Positions 8,024 through 16,525 of a DNA stretch of 64,000 nucleotides are shown here, piece after piece. A program made the position numbers and the translations under genes. The stretch is from an uncultured Lachnospiraceae bacterium (lineage in GTDB: Bacteria; Bacillota; Clostridia; Lachnospirales; Lachnospiraceae). Under the pieces are notes generated by a model. The model saw nothing but the letters and a program-made list of their open reading frames with translations, was not told where the DNA came from and did not search any database. Numbering within the stretch: position 1 is the first letter of the stretch; every line of letters begins with the position of its first letter. The stretch is taken from assembly GCA_944381485.1 (NCBI GenBank), contig CALWLI010000019.1, positions 5,411 to 69,410 of the forward strand. Reading direction: 5' to 3'.

Positions 8024-9142
8024 ATGAAAAAAAGATTATTGTCGGTACTTTTGGCGGCAGCAATGCTCGGCTCATTGACAGCCTGCAGCTCATCATCGGG
8101 GGAGACTGAAGCTGCTACAGAGGCTGCCACAGAGGCAGCAGGTGGCGAGGAGGCCACAGGGGAAGAGGCCGCAGCCGCAAGCGGAGAAGAGTATGATATC
8201 ATATACCTTACTCCTTCAACAGCTTCACAGTTCTGGACCCACGTAGAGATCGGTATCAAGAATGCCATGTATGATCTCCAGGAGTCAGAGGGAGTAAAGA
8301 TCAATTACTCCGTAGTAGGACCTGCTGAGGAGAGCCAGACTGAGGAGTATGTTACAGCATTTGAGCAGGCTATAGCAGCACAGCCGGATGCTATCGTAAC
8401 AGCTACACTTGCTATTGATGCTACAGTTCCCAAGGCCCAGGAGGCAACAGCAAACGGAATAGTTTTGAACTTCGTTAACTGCGGACTCGGTGTTGGTGAC
8501 GACGGAGCTCACGAGGAGACCTACAACCAGTTCTACTACTGCTCAAATGATACTATAGGTGAGCTTGCAGCTCAGGCTTTCCTTGAGGCAATGGAGAAGA
8601 AGGGAATGGATCCTGCAGCAGGCGGAGTTCTCGGAATGAACACAAACGTTGAGAACGAGGCTCTTAACCACAGAGTAGACAGCTTCAGAACTTATATGGC
8701 TGAGAATGCTCCCGAGCTTACACTTACAGACACATACTACAATGGAAACGTTGTAGAGAATGCTCAGGCTAATGCTGAGAACATCATCTCCACTTACGGA
8801 GACGAGCTCATAGGTATGTACTCAGGAAACAACATCACAGGTGACGGAGTTTGCCTTGCAGTACAGTCAGCAGGAATAGGCTCAGATATAGTATCAGTAG
8901 CGGTTGACTCTGACGACACAGAGATAGCTGCTCTTGAGAACGGAAACCTTGACGCTATCATAGTTCAGGATGCTTACGATCAGGGATACAGATGCATGGA
9001 GAATGCTATCCTCACCCTCATCAACGGCGAGAACCCTGAGACTGAGAAGCAGGTTAACTGCCCTCCTGTAATCGTTACACCTGAGAACATGGCTGACGAG
9101 GAGATGCAGAACCTTCTTGATCCCACAAGGCTTGCAAAATAA
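8024..9142 (+). CDS. sugar ABC transporter substrate-binding lipoprotein (RbsB-like)
   Basis: Signal peptide with lipobox LTAC, an E/A/T-rich linker, then a type-I periplasmic sugar-binding fold (IIYLTPS..., DAIIVQDAY). Confidence 0.85.
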   Translation: MKKRLLSVLLAAAMLGSLTACSSSSGETEAATEAATEAAGGEEATGEEAAAASGEEYDIIYLTPSTASQFWTHVEIGIKNAMYDLQESEGVKINYSVVGPAEESQTEEYVTAFEQAIAAQPDAIVTATLAIDATVPKAQEATANGIVLNFVNCGLGVGDDGAHEETYNQFYYCSNDTIGELAAQAFLEAMEKKGMDPAAGGVLGMNTNVENEALNHRVDSFRTYMAENAPELTLTDTYYNGNVVENAQANAENIISTYGDELIGMYSGNNITGDGVCLAVQSAGIGSDIVSVAVDSDDTEIAALENGNLDAIIVQDAYDQGYRCMENAILTLINGENPETEKQVNCPPVIVTPENMADEEMQNLLDPTRLAK

Positions 9143-9204
9143 GATTTTCAGACATAAGCCTTTGGTTTGAAAGGAAAGTGAACCGGTTTATTAAGTAAAA
9201 GAAT

Positions 9205-9247
9205 AGGGAGGCACTCGGACAAAAGGTCGGAAGGCCTCCCTTTGTAT
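9205..9247 (+). terminator. intra-operon hairpin / partial terminator after the binding-protein gene
   Basis: GGGAGGC (9206-9212) pairs with GCCTCCC (9234-9240), followed by TTTGTAT. Confidence 0.5.
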
Positions 9248-9261
9248 ATGAGGGCAAAAGA

Positions 9262-10767
9262 ATGCAGGATACTATTTTAAAAATAGAACATATCAGCAAA
9301 TTTTATCCGGGCGTTACTGCTTTAAACGATGTAAGTTTTGAGATCAAAAAGGGAGAGGTCAGAGCTCTGTGCGGAGAGAACGGAGCGGGAAAATCCACTC
9401 TCATAAAGTGTATCATGGGTGTCGAAAAACCTGATGAGGGAAAGATCTCCATGAATTATGACGGAAAATGGATAGTAAACAACAATGCACTTGAGGCTCA
9501 GGAACACGGAGTTTATGCGAATTACCAGAATGTAAATATAGCACCGGATCTAAGTATTGCGGAGAACTACTATCTCGGAAGGCAGCCTACCAAGGGCGGG
9601 ATAGTTGATTGGAACAAGATGGCTGCCGACAGCAAAAAGATAATAGATAAATTCGGGATGAATGTTGATCCCAAGGATAAAATAAGAAATCTCCCGATAG
9701 CTATGCAGGCTATGGTCACCATAAGCAAGATATCGGTAAATGATGATATAAGGATAGTTATTTTTGACGAGCCTACAGCTCTTTTGGAAAACGAAAAGGT
9801 CGAGACACTTTTCAAGTTCATAAAGGAGCTGAAGGAGAGGGGTGTAAGTATCATATATATCTCCCACCGTATGGAGGAGATAATGGATATCTGTGATTCC
9901 GTAACGGTATTAAAGGACGGAACCTATGTTGACACAAAGCCCATATCCGAGGTGGACAAGGACAGCCTCATAACCATGATGGTAGGAAGAAAGATGTCTG
10001 ATATATACAATATCAAGCATCAGAGCTTTGATGAGGAGGTACTCAGAGTTGAGAACTTCAGCGATACAAAGCACTTCAAGGATGTCAGCTTTACTTTAAA
10101 GAAGGGAGAGATCTTAGGCTTCTTCGGACTTGTGGGAGCGGGAAGAAGTGAGGTAATGAAGGCCATATTCGGAGCCGAGAAGAAGCTCTCCGGAGATGTG
10201 TATGTGCATGGCGAAAAGAAAAATATCAAGAGCCCCATAGATGCCATGAAAAACGGTATCTGCTTCCTCACTGAGGACAGGAGGGCTGACGGACTTGCAC
10301 TGCAGCTTTCAATAAAGACCAATATAAACATGAACTCCTACGATATGATAAGCAAAAACGGAATAATCTCCCTCTCCGATGAACAAAAGAGAGCGGAGAA
10401 GTTCTCCAAGGATGTGAACGTAAAAACTCCTTCCATACAGCAGCTTGTAGGAAATCTTTCAGGTGGAAACCAGCAGAAGGTGGTAATAGCAAAGCTTCTC
10501 TGCAGAAACCCTGAGGTCATGATATTTGATGAGCCTACAGTAGGAGTTGATGTGGGAGCAAAGGAAGAGATCTACAAGATAATGGAGAGCCTTACGGCCG
10601 AGGGAAAGAGCATAATACTTATATCCTCGTACCTTCCTGAAGTAATGGGCCTGTCGGACAGACTGATAGTCATGTCTCAGGGCAGAATAACAGGACAGTT
10701 TGACAGTAATGAGCTTAAGCTCTTAAGAGAAGAGGACGTATTGAGAAGCGCGTCCCTTGAAGGATAA
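9262..10767 (+). CDS. sugar ABC transporter ATP-binding protein with duplicated ABC domains (RbsA-like)
   Basis: Two Walker A motifs (GENGAGKST, GLVGAGRSE), an LSGGNQQK signature and Walker B motifs (IFDEPT twice). 501 aa. Confidence 0.9.
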   Translation: MQDTILKIEHISKFYPGVTALNDVSFEIKKGEVRALCGENGAGKSTLIKCIMGVEKPDEGKISMNYDGKWIVNNNALEAQEHGVYANYQNVNIAPDLSIAENYYLGRQPTKGGIVDWNKMAADSKKIIDKFGMNVDPKDKIRNLPIAMQAMVTISKISVNDDIRIVIFDEPTALLENEKVETLFKFIKELKERGVSIIYISHRMEEIMDICDSVTVLKDGTYVDTKPISEVDKDSLITMMVGRKMSDIYNIKHQSFDEEVLRVENFSDTKHFKDVSFTLKKGEILGFFGLVGAGRSEVMKAIFGAEKKLSGDVYVHGEKKNIKSPIDAMKNGICFLTEDRRADGLALQLSIKTNINMNSYDMISKNGIISLSDEQKRAEKFSKDVNVKTPSIQQLVGNLSGGNQQKVVIAKLLCRNPEVMIFDEPTVGVDVGAKEEIYKIMESLTAEGKSIILISSYLPEVMGLSDRLIVMSQGRITGQFDSNELKLLREEDVLRSASLEG

Positions 10768-10779
10768 GTGGAGGGCGAA

Positions 10780-11754
10780 ATGAGTAACACAAATGTAAGC
10801 GGAAAGTCAAAATTGGGAGGCATATTCAAACAGACAGAGTTTACACTGGCTGCAATAATCATCCTGCTGTTTGTCATAGCTTCAGTATTTACGGATAACT
10901 TTTTATCCCTGTATAACGTAACAAACCTCACAAAACAGTGTGCCATAGTAGGTGTCCTTGCGGTGGCCCAGACTATGATAATCATCACCGGAGGAATCGA
11001 CATAAGCTGTGGAGCAATTGCCGGACTCTCCTGTATGGCAATGGCACTTTTGCAGAGAGATACTGAGACAAACTTCTGGGTAACTCTCATCGTGGCCATA
11101 GCCGTAGGTATATTCTGCGGATTCATAAACGGAGTTATTATCTATGATCTTAAGGTTCCGCCTATGATAGCAACACTGGGAGTTCAGACCATAGTCAGCG
11201 GTGTTGTAAAGATCATAAGCAACGCCCTCACTGTAAGCGGACTTGATCAGAGAATACTTGACATGGGAAATATGTCCTTCTTCGGAGTTGTTCCCGCTCT
11301 GGCTCTGATATGGTTTATAGTGGCGGTGGCCATATTCCTGGTGCTGAAATATCTGGTATTCGGACGAAGCCTCTATATCATAGGAAGCGGAGTTGACGTT
11401 GCAAAGCTCAGCGGTATCAATGTAAGACGCATGTTCTACTCAGTATACGCTTTTGCAGGTCTCCTCTACGGTATTGCCGGAATAATGCTGGCTGCAAGAG
11501 TTCAGTCGGCCCTTCCCACAGGAGGTGAGGGCTATGAGATGAACGCCATAGCTGCAGCAGTTATCGGAGGTGCATCACTTTCAGGAGGAAGAGGATCAAT
11601 AGTAGGAACCGTATTGGGAACCATACTTATGATGCTCATAAACAATGCAGGTGTTCAGTTCGGTCTCAACACTCATGTGCTTGAGCTCACCAGCGGAGTG
11701 CTTATAGTATTTGCGGTGGCTGCGGACATGTTCAAGAACAGAAAGAAAGCATAA
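10780..11754 (+). CDS. sugar ABC transporter permease (RbsC-like, BPD_transp_2 type)
   Basis: About 10 TM helices. AAVIGGASLSGGRGSIVGTVLG is the typical motif. ATG 10780 follows GGAGG; the ORF-track start is GTG 10768. Confidence 0.9.
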   Translation: MSNTNVSGKSKLGGIFKQTEFTLAAIIILLFVIASVFTDNFLSLYNVTNLTKQCAIVGVLAVAQTMIIITGGIDISCGAIAGLSCMAMALLQRDTETNFWVTLIVAIAVGIFCGFINGVIIYDLKVPPMIATLGVQTIVSGVVKIISNALTVSGLDQRILDMGNMSFFGVVPALALIWFIVAVAIFLVLKYLVFGRSLYIIGSGVDVAKLSGINVRRMFYSVYAFAGLLYGIAGIMLAARVQSALPTGGEGYEMNAIAAAVIGGASLSGGRGSIVGTVLGTILMMLINNAGVQFGLNTHVLELTSGVLIVFAVAADMFKNRKKA

Positions 11755-11777
11755 AAATATTGATATTTGACCTTGAG

Positions 11778-11816
11778 TCGGGCTTGGGGAGTTTTCTCAA
11801 GCCCGATAATTTTTTG
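11778..11816 (+). terminator. intrinsic terminator of the sugar operon
   Basis: TCGGGCTTG (11778-11786) pairs with CAAGCCCGA (11798-11806), followed by TAATTTTTT. Confidence 0.7.
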
Positions 11817-11907
11817 CGGATTTATATTTTAGTCATATTTGTATATAGCAGGGCCTTTCGAGGCAAAAACTTCGTTATTTTTTCAACAAGAAACCTTTTG
11901 TAATTCG

Positions 11908-11936
11908 TTGACTCATTTTGAAGGAAAAAGTATAAT
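11908..11936 (+). promoter_or_regulatory. sigma-A promoter of pckA
   Basis: TTGACT 11908-11913, 17-nt spacer, TATAAT 11931-11936. Confidence 0.6.
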
Positions 11937-11990
11937 GTATTAGAATTGGTACAATCCAAAAATAAGGCTTAATGAATAAGGAGGACTGAC

Positions 11991-13577
11991 ATGGAAACAT
12001 TTGGAATCGAGAAGCTGGGAATTTTAAATCCCAAGGCTGTCTACAGAAACCTTGCACCTGCTGTTCTTGTGGAGAAGGCTCTCGCAAACGGTGAGGGAGT
12101 GCTTATGGACACAGGAGCTCTGGCGGTTACTACCGGAAAGTACACAGGACGTTCACCTAAGGACAAATTCATAGTTGACACCGAGGGAGTTCATGACAAG
12201 ATAGCTTGGGGCAGCGTAAACAGACCCATAAAGAGAGAAGTATTTCAGGCTATCAGAAAAGAAATGGTAGAGTTCCTTTCAGGAAAGGACGTCTACATTT
12301 TTGACGGCTTTGCGGGGGCTGACAGAAAGTGCACCAGAAAGTTCAGGATCGTAAATGAGATGCCTTCACAGAACCTCTTTATTCATCAGCTTCTCATAAG
12401 ACCTACAAAGGAGGAGCTTGAGAACTTCGGAGAGGCAGACTTTACATTGATCGTTGTGCCCGGCTACAAGTGTGATCCGGAGAGATTCGGCATCAACTCT
12501 GAGGCCGCTATCATAATAGACTATGAGGCAAAGGAAGTTATAATCGCAGGCTCTCAGTATTCAGGAGAGATAAAGAAGTCGGTATTCTCCGTAATGAACT
12601 ATCTCATGCCTGTGGAGGAGAACGTGCTTCCCATGCACTGCTCCGCAAACATGGATCCCGAGACAAAGGAGACAGCAGTATTCTTCGGACTCTCAGGAAC
12701 AGGAAAGACTACTCTCTCAGCAGACCCCAACAGAAAGCTTATAGGAGATGACGAGCACGGCTGGTCCGACCACGGAGTATTTAACTTTGAGGGCGGCTGC
12801 TATGCAAAGTGTATAGGCCTTAAGGAGGAGAACGAGCCCGAGATATACAATGCCATAAAGTTCGGCTCACTCCTTGAGAACGTGGTGGTAGATCCTGAGA
12901 CAAGGAAGCCTGACTATGAGGACGGCTCGATCACAGAGAACACCCGTGTGGGCTATCCCATAGATTACATAGACAATGCGCAGATCCCCGGAGAGGGCGG
13001 AATACCCAAGGTGGTTATCTTCCTTACAGCAGATGCCTTCGGAGTTTTGCCTCCCATTGCAAGGCTTTCAGAGGATGCGGCTATGTACCACTTTGTAACA
13101 GGCTTTACTTCAAAGCTTGCAGGTACAGAGAGAGGAATAACAGAGCCTCAGCCCACCTTCTCCACACTGTTCGGAGAGCCCTTCATGCCGCTTGATCCTT
13201 CAGTATACGCTCAGATGCTCGGCGACAGGATAGAGAAATACGGCACAAAGGTATACCTTGTAAATACCGGATGGACAGGAGGCCCCTACGGAGTCGGCTC
13301 AAGGATGAAGCTCAAATTCACAAGAGCCATGGTTACAGCCGCATTAAACGGTGAGCTGGACAAGGTGGAGTACAAGCACGATGAGGTGTTCAATGTGGAC
13401 GTTCCTCAGAGCTGCCCCAATGTACCTGCTGAGATCCTCAACCCCAAGGACACCTGGGAGGACAAGGCTGCCTATGATGCCCAGGCCAAGAAGCTTGCCG
13501 GAATGTTTGAGGAAAACTTCAAGAAGAAGTATCCCAATATGCCCGAGAATATAGCAAAGGCAGGACCTCACGCCTGA
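11991..13577 (+). CDS. pckA: phosphoenolpyruvate carboxykinase (ATP)
   Basis: 528 aa. GRSPKDKF, the kinase-1a loop GLSGTGKTTLS and IGDDEHGW. Confidence 0.95.
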   Translation: METFGIEKLGILNPKAVYRNLAPAVLVEKALANGEGVLMDTGALAVTTGKYTGRSPKDKFIVDTEGVHDKIAWGSVNRPIKREVFQAIRKEMVEFLSGKDVYIFDGFAGADRKCTRKFRIVNEMPSQNLFIHQLLIRPTKEELENFGEADFTLIVVPGYKCDPERFGINSEAAIIIDYEAKEVIIAGSQYSGEIKKSVFSVMNYLMPVEENVLPMHCSANMDPETKETAVFFGLSGTGKTTLSADPNRKLIGDDEHGWSDHGVFNFEGGCYAKCIGLKEENEPEIYNAIKFGSLLENVVVDPETRKPDYEDGSITENTRVGYPIDYIDNAQIPGEGGIPKVVIFLTADAFGVLPPIARLSEDAAMYHFVTGFTSKLAGTERGITEPQPTFSTLFGEPFMPLDPSVYAQMLGDRIEKYGTKVYLVNTGWTGGPYGVGSRMKLKFTRAMVTAALNGELDKVEYKHDEVFNVDVPQSCPNVPAEILNPKDTWEDKAAYDAQAKKLAGMFEENFKKKYPNMPENIAKAGPHA

Positions 13578-13639
13578 TATATGTAAATGCATATAGGGAG
13601 AGAATTATAGCATAACAAAAATATAAGAAATATTTTACA

Positions 13640-13704
13640 GGGATTCGATTATAATACAAAACATCGCAAAATATGAGATGCTTTATGTATTCGGATCCCT
13701 TTTT
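13640..13704 (+). terminator. putative intrinsic terminator after pckA
   Basis: GGGATTCGA (13640-13648) pairs with TCGGATCCC (13691-13699), with one G-U pair. An inner 4-bp helix is present, followed by TTTTT. Confidence 0.4.
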
Positions 13705-13794
13705 ATGTCCTTATGAGCTTTTTTAGCCTCGAATGATATGCTATACTCAAATATAGCGAAAATCGAAAAAGTAAAGGAGACATTTGTAGGTCAT

Positions 13795-14454
13795 ATGAAA
13801 AAGAGACATCTGTATACTGCCGCAGTACTGCTGACACTTTCCCTTTCAGCCTGCGGTCAGGATTCCGGAAATATAACAGAGAGCTCACAGGCTGCGGAGA
13901 CTGAGGCTTCCTCCGACAAGGAGCAGGAGCTCAGCCTTGCGGATATAAAGAGCGCGGGGAGCTGGGACGGGAACCTTTATGAAAATGAGGCGGCTGGAAT
14001 AAGCTTTAACATGCCGGAGAGCTGGACAGCATCAAGCGATGAGGATATCGCAGCCTTTATCGAGTCGGTTCAGGCAAAGGGAACGGACTACCTTGCCATG
14101 GCTCAGGACTTGGAGACAGGAGAGGTGATGCAGATCGCCGTAGAAGATCTCTCGGTCACAACCCCTAATCTCACCGACAGTATGGATGAGGATATGTATA
14201 TCGATGCCCTGAGGAGCCAACTGGACTTGAATGAGGAGCAGGGCCTTGAGATCACCCATGTTGATGAGGAGGACGCAGAGCTTTCTCTCGGAGGAGAGAG
14301 CTACAAGGGCTTTACAGCCACTATGTCCGCCAACGGTCAAAGCATAAATCAGGTATATGCGGTGAGAAAAATTGATGATAAGCATATGATGACAGTTATA
14401 TATATAACAGCTGAGGATGCCGGGACTGAAGTCCTTGAGGAGCTGTTTATTTAG
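13795..14454 (+). CDS. hypothetical lipoprotein
   Basis: MKKRHLYTAAVLLTLSLSACGQ has a signal peptide and lipobox. ATG 13795 follows AAAGGAGA. Acidic mature domain; family not recognised. Confidence 0.65.
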   Translation: MKKRHLYTAAVLLTLSLSACGQDSGNITESSQAAETEASSDKEQELSLADIKSAGSWDGNLYENEAAGISFNMPESWTASSDEDIAAFIESVQAKGTDYLAMAQDLETGEVMQIAVEDLSVTTPNLTDSMDEDMYIDALRSQLDLNEEQGLEITHVDEEDAELSLGGESYKGFTATMSANGQSINQVYAVRKIDDKHMMTVIYITAEDAGTEVLEELFI

Positions 14455-14487
14455 GCTTTCAGATAAAAAGTGAAAATGGAGGGAAAA

Positions 14488-16347
14488 ATGAGATCAAAAG
14501 GAAAAAGTTTCGGATTTAAGCTCTTCGGCTTCGGAGCAGCCATATTGGCGGCCGCGGGCTTTTCGATGTTTTCTCCGGAGCAGGGATTTGCGGCAGAGGG
14601 GTCAAAAGCTCCTGACAAGGAGATAGTTATACTGCACACAAATGATGTCCACTGCGGTGTGGATGACAACATAGGCTATGCGGGACTAGCTCTCTATAAG
14701 AAAGAGATGCAGGCTGAGACGGATTATGTGCTCCTGGTGGACGCGGGAGACGCGATACAGGGAGCTCCTATTGGAACTCTCTCCGACGGAGGCTATATAA
14801 CGGATATAATGAACAAGCTGGGCTATGACTTTGCCGTACCCGGAAATCACGAGTTCGATTACGGAATGGACAGGCTCCTTGAGCTTGACAAGGTGCTTAA
14901 CTGCGGCTACTCCTCCTGCAACCTGGTAAGCCTGGAGACAGGGGCTCCTGTATTTGAGCCTTACAGGATATTCAGCTTCGGGGATACAGATGTAGCCCTT
15001 GTGGGAGTATGCACACCTGAGAGTTTTACGAAATCCACTCCCGCATATTTTCAGGACGGAAACGGCAACTATATTTACGGCTTCTGCGAGGATGACTCCG
15101 GGGAGAAGCTTTATGATGCCGTGCAGTCAGCTGTGGATTCTGCCCGTGGGGCAGGGGCTGACTATGTGATAGCAGTCGGACATCTGGGAAACGAGGGGAT
15201 CACAGACAGGTGGAGCTCTGAGAGCGTCATAAAAAACACTTCGGGACTTGACGCCTTTATTGACGGCCACTCCCATGAAAACTACACAAGACAGGTTATC
15301 AATGAGAAGGGTGAAGCTGTAGCTCTCACCCAGACAGGAACCAAGCTCACGGATATAGGAAAGCTCACCATAGGTACTGACGGAACGATAAGTACCGAGC
15401 TTGTGAAGGAGGTTCCTGAGGGAACTGACATCAATATGAGCTATACTGTCAAAAAGGGCGATACCCTTTCAAGGATAGCAAAGAGAGAGCTGGGCTCATA
15501 TGATCTGTGGAACAATATATATCAGGCAAACAGAAATGTGCTCTCCTCTCCTGACCTCCTCCCTGTGGGAGCTGTCATCACCGTGCCTAAGGGAGGCTCC
15601 CTCAATGTGGACGGCAAGTATGTGGATGCCGACGCGGACAGCTTTATAAAGGGCATTCAGGCTCAGTATAATGAGTCCCTTAAGACAGTTCTCGGAAGCT
15701 CCGCCGTCGAGCTTGCGGTAAATGATCCGGATACAGGGGAGAGGGCTGTCAGAAGGGCGGAGACCAACCTGGGAGATCTCTGTGCCGACGCCTTCAGGTA
15801 TCAGCTGGGAGCTGACATAGGACTTATGAACGGAGGCGGAATAAGAGACTCCATAAAGCCCGGAAATATAACCTACAATGACACACTGAGAGTATTCCCC
15901 TTCGGAAATATGGTGTGCATGGTGGAGGCCACAGGACAGCAGATAAAGGATGCTTTGGAGATGGGAGTAAAGAATCTTCCTGAAGAGAGCGGAGGCTTCC
16001 TGCATGTCTCAGGACTCAGCTATACTGTGGATACCTCAAAGCCCTCATCGGTGGTACTTGACGACAAGAGAAATTTTGTCTCTGTAGGAGGAGACTACAG
16101 AGTTACGGATATCATGGTCGGAGGACAGCCTCTGGATACTGAAAAGACCTATACTGTGGCATCTCACAATTACATGCTCAAATCAGGGGGAGACGGAATG
16201 AGCATGTTTGTGGGAAGCAAGGTGCTGAAGGATGACATCGCCACAGACGTGGATGCTCTTTCAGCCTACATCAGAGAGAATCTTGGAGGAAATGTGGGAG
16301 AAGAGTATGCCGCATTGAAGGGACAGGGAAGGATAACTGTAAAGTGA
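14488..16347 (+). CDS. secreted bifunctional metallophosphatase/5'-nucleotidase with an internal LysM domain
   Basis: Signal peptide MRSKGKSFGFKLFGFGAAILAAAG. Metallophosphatase motifs HTNDVHC, DAGDAIQG and GNHEFD. LysM YTVKKGDTLSRIAKRELGSYDLWNNIYQAN...VGAVITVP. C-terminal 5'-nucleotidase domain (GLMNGGGIR, FPFGN). Confidence 0.85.
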   Translation: MRSKGKSFGFKLFGFGAAILAAAGFSMFSPEQGFAAEGSKAPDKEIVILHTNDVHCGVDDNIGYAGLALYKKEMQAETDYVLLVDAGDAIQGAPIGTLSDGGYITDIMNKLGYDFAVPGNHEFDYGMDRLLELDKVLNCGYSSCNLVSLETGAPVFEPYRIFSFGDTDVALVGVCTPESFTKSTPAYFQDGNGNYIYGFCEDDSGEKLYDAVQSAVDSARGAGADYVIAVGHLGNEGITDRWSSESVIKNTSGLDAFIDGHSHENYTRQVINEKGEAVALTQTGTKLTDIGKLTIGTDGTISTELVKEVPEGTDINMSYTVKKGDTLSRIAKRELGSYDLWNNIYQANRNVLSSPDLLPVGAVITVPKGGSLNVDGKYVDADADSFIKGIQAQYNESLKTVLGSSAVELAVNDPDTGERAVRRAETNLGDLCADAFRYQLGADIGLMNGGGIRDSIKPGNITYNDTLRVFPFGNMVCMVEATGQQIKDALEMGVKNLPEESGGFLHVSGLSYTVDTSKPSSVVLDDKRNFVSVGGDYRVTDIMVGGQPLDTEKTYTVASHNYMLKSGGDGMSMFVGSKVLKDDIATDVDALSAYIRENLGGNVGEEYAALKGQGRITVK

Positions 16348-16412
16348 TTTACGCTCTCTGTTAAGCTTTAGGAGATTGTATCTGATAAAAAACCGAATAC
16401 TTGTATTTTTTG

Positions 16413-16463
16413 AAAGCCATGGCAGGCTGCCTTGTTGACACCCTGCTATGGCTTTTGTATAGT
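16413..16463 (+). terminator. intrinsic terminator overlapping a downstream-facing promoter
   Basis: 14-bp stem AAAGCCATGGCAGG (16413-16426) / CCTGCTATGGCTTT (16442-16455) with one G-U pair, followed by a T-rich tail. TTGACA (16435-16440) in the loop and TATAGT (16458-16463) are 17 nt apart. Confidence 0.5.
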
Positions 16464-16474
16464 TTAGGTGCAGT

Positions 16475-16525
16475 ATGAAAATGAATACCCTCATGGGAAG
16501 AAAAATGCAAATTACGGAGGCTTAA
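16475..16525 (+). other. candidate 16-codon upstream ORF abutting the hydrogenase start codon
   Basis: ATG AAA ATG AAT ACC CTC ATG GGA AGA AAA ATG CAA ATT ACG GAG GCT TAA encodes MKMNTLMGRKMQITEA. The TAA at 16523-16525 is immediately followed by ATG 16526. The hydrogenase SD GGAGG lies inside the uORF. Confidence 0.3.
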
